From an uncultured Anaerolinea sp. (GTDB lineage: Bacteria; Chloroflexota; Anaerolineae; Anaerolineales; Villigracilaceae): a stretch of DNA of 41,264 nucleotides. Of the stretch, positions 36,608-41,264 are shown one piece after another. Within the stretch, counting starts at the first letter, position 1. Each line of letters begins with the position of its first letter. Both the position numbers and the translations under genes were made by a program. A model generated the notes under the pieces. The model did no database searches and was not told where the DNA came from. It saw nothing but the letters and a program-made list of their open reading frames with translations. Location of the stretch: positions 1 to 41,264 of the forward strand of contig CAZYLM010000002.1 in NCBI GenBank assembly GCA_964648645.1, given 5' to 3'.

Positions 36608-37945
36608 ATGAAATTGACGGAAGCATTACGGCTCGATTCTTCGCCTTTCCCTGATTTCGTCGTCAGCCTGGTCGGGTCCGGTGGGAAGACCACCGCCCTT
36701 TTCAAACTTGCACGCGAGCTGTTATCCGCAGGAAACCCTCGCATCCTTATTACCGCGACTACGCATCTTGGTGCCTGGCAGATTCCGCTGGCTGACCATC
36801 ATCTCATTGTACTGTCTTCTCAAGGCACGATAGAGTTGCCACCCGGTGGTGTTATTCTAGTGACAGGCGAAGTCGAGAACGAAAGAACCACCCCGGTTAT
36901 TGACTCTGTCCTGGAGTGGCTTCACAAAAAATCAAACGAGCAGTCGATTCCCCTCCTGATCGAAGCCGACGGTTCCAGACAAAAACCTCTCAAAGCTCCA
37001 GCCAGACACGAACCGCCGATCCCTGAATTCACTGACCTGGTTGTCCACGTCTCCGGCTTATCTGCACTAAACAAGCCGCTCGATGAAAATCTCATCCACC
37101 GGGCAGAAATATTTTCCGAGCTCACCGGGCTAAGCATAAGCGATAACATCACTGTAGAAACGCTCACAAAATACCTGACCCACCCCGAAGGGGCAATGAA
37201 AAACATCCCTCCAAGAGCAAAACGAATTGCTCTGCTCAACCAGGCGGATACACCGGAGTTATTATCCATATGCGGTATATTATTTAAAGAAATCTCAGCC
37301 CTATTCGATGCGGTGGTCGCAGGGTCCATCCAAAACGACGAGATATATCTTTTCGAACGAACAGCAGGGATTGTCCTTGCAGCGGGTGCATCGAGTCGTT
37401 TCGGGCAACCCAAACAATTATTGGATTGGAATGGGAAATCCTTCGCCCGCCATGTGACGGAGACTGCGCTTCACGCCGGGCTCGAGCCTGTGGTGGTGGT
37501 TACAGGATCCCATCATAAGGATGTCGAATCGCAACTACTGGACCTGCCCGTGCAGATCGTCCACAACGAGGATTACGAAACAGGACAAAGCTCTTCCATC
37601 AAGAGGGGGATCAATTCTCTTCCTTCGAATGCAGGCTCGGCGATCTTCCTTCTTGCGGACCAGCCACAAATCCCTGTGGAAGTCATTCGCGCGCTGACTG
37701 AGTCACATACGAGAGAGAGGCAATCCATCCTTGCACCGCTTGTGTTGGAGGAACGTCGTGCAAACCCTGTCCTATTCGATCGGGTCACCTTCCATGATCT
37801 GCTTCAATTGGAAGGCGACATGGGCGGACGGGGGATCTTCGACAAACATAAAGTATCATACCTGCCCTGGCATGATGACATTTTGCTCTTTGATGTGGAC
37901 ACAGCAGATGATTACGAGAGACTGAAGGGTTTAAAGGATGAGTGA
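36608..37945 (+). CDS. yqeC: YqeC (selenium-dependent Mo-hydroxylase accessory protein) fused to a MocA-like nucleotidyltransferase
   Basis: VGSGGKTT, TATTHL and IEADGSRQKPLKAPARHEP, followed by IVLAAGASSRFGQPKQLL, LADQP and DVDTADDY. Confidence 0.85.
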   Translation: MKLTEALRLDSSPFPDFVVSLVGSGGKTTALFKLARELLSAGNPRILITATTHLGAWQIPLADHHLIVLSSQGTIELPPGGVILVTGEVENERTTPVIDSVLEWLHKKSNEQSIPLLIEADGSRQKPLKAPARHEPPIPEFTDLVVHVSGLSALNKPLDENLIHRAEIFSELTGLSISDNITVETLTKYLTHPEGAMKNIPPRAKRIALLNQADTPELLSICGILFKEISALFDAVVAGSIQNDEIYLFERTAGIVLAAGASSRFGQPKQLLDWNGKSFARHVTETALHAGLEPVVVVTGSHHKDVESQLLDLPVQIVHNEDYETGQSSSIKRGINSLPSNAGSAIFLLADQPQIPVEVIRALTESHTRERQSILAPLVLEERRANPVLFDRVTFHDLLQLEGDMGGRGIFDKHKVSYLPWHDDILLFDVDTADDYERLKGLKDE

Positions 37946-37994
37946 CGAGTATTAAGGAAAGTGGTAAGTAGAAGTAAAGATTGGAGACTGGTTG

Positions 37995-38567
37995 ATGATG
38001 ATTTCGGCAATTGTGCTCGCGGCTGGGAAGTCCACCAGGATGGGAAGGCAGAAGATGCTAATGCCGTGGGGTGATACAACCGTGCTTGGCAGAGTGATTC
38101 AGGTACTACAGGGCGCCGGGATCACAGACATAGTAACTGTCATGAACTCCGATGTTGCTCATCTAATTACGAATTCCCATGCACAAATCGCCCTCAACAA
38201 CAACAGCGAAATGCTTGCATCCGTCCAGTCAGGGTTGCGGGCTCTTAACCCTTCAGCGGAGGCAGCGCTGATTTGTCTCGGCGATCAGCCCCAAATCGAG
38301 GAGGGAAGCGTCAGGTCTGTCTGCGAGGCATACTTAGTGAGCAGGTCAAATCTCGTCGTGCCAAGTCATCAGATGAGGCGCGGGCATCCCTGGCTGGTAG
38401 GGAGAGCACTTTGGAACGAAATCCTTGTCATGAAGGAAGGTCAGTCGATGCGGGATTTCCTGAGCGCTCGCGCGGACGATATCGAGTACGTAAATCTCGA
38501 TACGCCGACCATTTTGCAAGACCTCGACACACCCGACGATTACTTGAAATATAAACCTTCCTTGTGA
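37995..38567 (+). CDS. MobA/MocA-like NTP transferase (molybdenum cofactor cytidylyltransferase-like)
   Basis: IVLAAGKSTRMGRQKMLMPW, LGDQP, GHPW and DLDTPDDY. Confidence 0.85.
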   Translation: MMISAIVLAAGKSTRMGRQKMLMPWGDTTVLGRVIQVLQGAGITDIVTVMNSDVAHLITNSHAQIALNNNSEMLASVQSGLRALNPSAEAALICLGDQPQIEEGSVRSVCEAYLVSRSNLVVPSHQMRRGHPWLVGRALWNEILVMKEGQSMRDFLSARADDIEYVNLDTPTILQDLDTPDDYLKYKPSL

Positions 38568-38600
38568 TACACTCGCTCCACTTTTACACCGGGAGCCAAC

Positions 38601-39521
38601 ATGAAATATTTCGTGATCGTCAACCCAACCTCGGGGCGCGGACTTGGAGAGAAATCCATATCCCAGATAGAATCCTATTTGAAAGAGCACAACTTCGATT
38701 ACACACTTGCCCGCACAAACGGGATGTGGCATGCGGCTGACCTGGCAGAAGGCGCCTCGCGCGACGGTTACGATGTGGTCGTTTGCGCCAGCGGGGATGG
38801 CACTGTAAACGAAGCCATCAATGGCATCATGCGCGCAAAAAAAGCCGGGTATAACAGCACAGTTTTTACCGTACTTGGAATTGGCACCGGCAACGATTTT
38901 GCAGGCGGGACAGGCATTCCGACCAATCTTGACGATGGCTTGAAAGCCTTGAAGATGAATAAACGAAAAAAGATCGATCTTGGGGTTGTCAAAGGTGGGG
39001 ATTATCCTGAAGGACGATATTTTGGGAACGGGATCGGGGTCGGGTTCGATGCGGCGGTTGGGAATGAAGCGATCAAGGTACGCTGGACGCGCGGCCTGCT
39101 GGCATATCTCATCGGCGTGATCAAGACCGTTTTCCTTTACTACAATCCGGCGGATGTGGAGATCGTGCTTGATGACAAGGAAACCATTCGCCAGCGTTCG
39201 TTGATGATCTCGGTCATGAATGGACGGCGCATGGGCGGCGGTTTTCAGATGGCGCCCGAATCCCAGGCAGACGATGGCTTGTTCGACCTGTGCATCGCCG
39301 AAACGGCTTCGAAGGGGCGCATCCTGCAAATGATCCCCCATTTCATCAAAGGGACGCAAAAGACTCTACCTGAGATTCAAATGAAACGTGCAAAAAAAGT
39401 CACGATCAAATCCCTCGACATGACCTTTCCGGCTCATGCGGATGGGGAGTTTATTTGCCTCGAAGGAAAATCCCTCACGCTTGAGATATTGCCCGGCGAG
39501 CTTGAGATCATCCACGCCTAA
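38601..39521 (+). CDS. Diacylglycerol/lipid kinase family protein (YegS/DagK-like)
   Basis: NPTSG, SGDGTVNE, GTGNDFA, GVGFDA and ADGE motifs. Confidence 0.92.
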   Translation: MKYFVIVNPTSGRGLGEKSISQIESYLKEHNFDYTLARTNGMWHAADLAEGASRDGYDVVVCASGDGTVNEAINGIMRAKKAGYNSTVFTVLGIGTGNDFAGGTGIPTNLDDGLKALKMNKRKKIDLGVVKGGDYPEGRYFGNGIGVGFDAAVGNEAIKVRWTRGLLAYLIGVIKTVFLYYNPADVEIVLDDKETIRQRSLMISVMNGRRMGGGFQMAPESQADDGLFDLCIAETASKGRILQMIPHFIKGTQKTLPEIQMKRAKKVTIKSLDMTFPAHADGEFICLEGKSLTLEILPGELEIIHA

Positions 39522-39528
39522 GCCGCCC

Positions 39529-40206
39529 ATGAAGACATTTTCCCTCTGGTTCATCACCACCGTACTCAACATCTATTTCCGCCTCACTCTTCGGCTGGAT
39601 ACCCCGGACTTGAAAAACCAGTTCCCTAAAACGGGACCTTTGATCGTGATCACCAACCACACCGGGCAGGTGGAAGTGCCGGTATTTGCTACACTTCTGC
39701 AGCCGAGAAAGATCACCGGTTGGGGAAAAGCCGAGGCATTCAAGAACCTCTTTTTGCGCTGGGTGTTCTGGGCATGGGACATCATTCCTGTCCATCGCGG
39801 CGAGGCGGATATCACTGCGCTCAAATCTGCTTTGCGGATGCTGGAAGATGGAAGAATATTTGGGGTCGCCCCTGAAGGAACACGCAACTATACAGGCATC
39901 CTTCGGCGCGGGCTGCCCGGTGCTGCAATCCTGGCATTGAAATCCGGGGCGCCCATCCTACCGCTCGTTCATTGGGGCGGCGAAGTGTATATGAAAAACC
40001 TAAAGAGCTTCAAACGAACCGATTTTCACATCCGCATGGGCAAGTTATACCGGATCAAAGTAGAAGGCAAGGTCACAGCGGAAGTCCGCCAGCAGATCGC
40101 GGATGAGATGATGTGCCGGATCGCCGAGTTGATGCCTGAATACTATCGCGGGGAATACTCCGATTTGAGCAAATACGAGTCAAAATACCTCGTTCCAATG
40201 GAATGA
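39529..40206 (+). CDS. Lysophospholipid acyltransferase (PlsC-like)
   Basis: NHTGQVE (HX4E variant), IPVHRG and APEGTR; ATG 39529 lies just after the kinase stop. Confidence 0.88.
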   Translation: MKTFSLWFITTVLNIYFRLTLRLDTPDLKNQFPKTGPLIVITNHTGQVEVPVFATLLQPRKITGWGKAEAFKNLFLRWVFWAWDIIPVHRGEADITALKSALRMLEDGRIFGVAPEGTRNYTGILRRGLPGAAILALKSGAPILPLVHWGGEVYMKNLKSFKRTDFHIRMGKLYRIKVEGKVTAEVRQQIADEMMCRIAELMPEYYRGEYSDLSKYESKYLVPME

Positions 40207-40253
40207 CTCTAGATTGCTGACGGCGGACCGCGGTGGGAGTCGACAATCAAATA

Positions 40254-40682
40254 TTACAACATCAGAAGATACGCATTTGTATCCCGCTTTTTAAAACCCA
40301 GCTTGATGTACAGGCTATTCGCTGCAACCCGCATGGGGTTGGATGAAAGCGCAATTTTTTGCGCACCTTTTTCTCTCGCAACCTCAATCGCCCTTTGCAT
40401 GATCGCCTCCCCCACACCCTGACCCCTAGCGGATATATCGACTATGACGTCTTCAATGATCGAGCGGACCCCGGTCGGGACGCGATATACGGTGAGATTC
40501 AACGCGCCGATGATCGAGCCGCTATCGGCGCGGGCAAGCAACAGTGTAGACGAAGGATCATTGATAAGCGTAAACAGGTACTCGCGAGTCGGAGACGGAT
40601 TATTTTGGGTCATCTGCGGCACGAGGCGTTGGAACGCTTCATAGAGTTCTTCATCCGCCCGGGTTGCTATCTCAATTTGCAT
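40254..40682 (-). CDS. GNAT family N-acetyltransferase
   Basis: IEDVIVDISARGQGVG acetyl-CoA motif and ANSLYIKLGF. Confidence 0.9.
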   Translation of the reverse strand: MQIEIATRADEELYEAFQRLVPQMTQNNPSPTREYLFTLINDPSSTLLLARADSGSIIGALNLTVYRVPTGVRSIIEDVIVDISARGQGVGEAIMQRAIEVAREKGAQKIALSSNPMRVAANSLYIKLGFKKRDTNAYLLML

Positions 40683-41264
40683 GGGCAGCTTTGTTTTTAG
40701 GGATCAGGCTGAGGACAAGATAATACGCAACATAGAGGAAGGATGCCCAGACGATCCATGAGGGTGTGTTCGGATACAGAAGCAAACCCCAGATACCGAC
40801 TGCACCGTAAAGATATGTAAAACCAAGGGTCAAGGTACGCAGATAACTATTGCGGCTCGGGTAAATATACTTGACCGGTATAAAAACCATGATATTGAAA
40901 AGCATCAGAAAACCAAAGTTGACCCAGGGCGGCAGGTTCATCAGCAGCATATAGAGCGCGGCGACGTTCCAATAGGATGGAAAGCCCTTGAAGTGATGGT
41001 CGTCTGTCTTGGCATCGGTTTGGGTGAATTGATACGCAGACGTGAGCAGGATGAGACAAGCCGTGAGCCATTTGACCGACTCAGGCAGAAAATCCGTCTT
41101 GATCATGAAGACTGCAGGGACAAGGACATAGTTGAGATAGTCAAGGATGTTATCGAGCAAGGCACCGTCTATGCCTTTGGCGTAGGTTTTCACATCTGCC
41201 AAACGGGCGAGCATACCGTCGAAGCCATCCACGAGCATGGCAACGATCATCCATACGATCATCA
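40672..41264 (-). CDS. pcs: Phosphatidylcholine synthase-like CDP-alcohol phosphatidyltransferase (5'-truncated by window edge)
   Basis: DGFDGMLAR...GALLDNILDYLNY CDP-alcohol motif plus the Pcs-like FKGFPSYWN and KYIYPSR. Confidence 0.75.
   Translation of the reverse strand, partial: MIVWMIVAMLVDGFDGMLARLADVKTYAKGIDGALLDNILDYLNYVLVPAVFMIKTDFLPESVKWLTACLILLTSAYQFTQTDAKTDDHHFKGFPSYWNVAALYMLLMNLPPWVNFGFLMLFNIMVFIPVKYIYPSRNSYLRTLTLGFTYLYGAVGIWGLLLYPNTPSWIVWASFLYVAYYLVLSLIPKNKAAHAN

Noticed and set aside
38346-39359. 337 aa antisense ORF and the many other short overlapping ORFs in the track
   Set aside because: They shadow well-supported genes on the opposite strand or frame and show no recognisable motifs.

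Overview
Gene-dense bacterial chromosomal window, most likely Chloroflexota/Anaerolineae (inferred from protein family content, not provable here). The left end holds the 3' part of a radical SAM/HhH protein, a SET-domain protein, a hypothetical protein, a HAD phosphatase, a polyprenyl synthetase and tRNA-Gly(CCC). The centre (3739-35432) is a co-oriented, tightly coupled 17-gene run: two DivK-like single-domain receivers, eleven paralogous membrane sensors (dCache/HAMP or multi-TM input, cytoplasmic GAF, no recognisable catalytic output), an orphan ParA, a cytoplasmic GAF-PAS-GAF hybrid histidine kinase, a threonine-synthase-like enzyme fused to a receiver domain, and an EamA transporter. The sensors end in a split-GAF-like module: the first has only the donor tail, the next ten have an acceptor half plus donor tail, and the kinase has only the acceptor half. 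This suggests a ParA-positioned receptor chain that feeds one kinase, a chemosensory-array analogue without MCP, CheA or CheW (hypothesis). The right end holds a REC-degenerate GGDEF protein, YqeC-MocA and MocA-like genes, a lipid kinase, an acyltransferase, a GNAT and a partial phosphatidylcholine synthase. All domain calls come from motifs read by eye; no searches were run.
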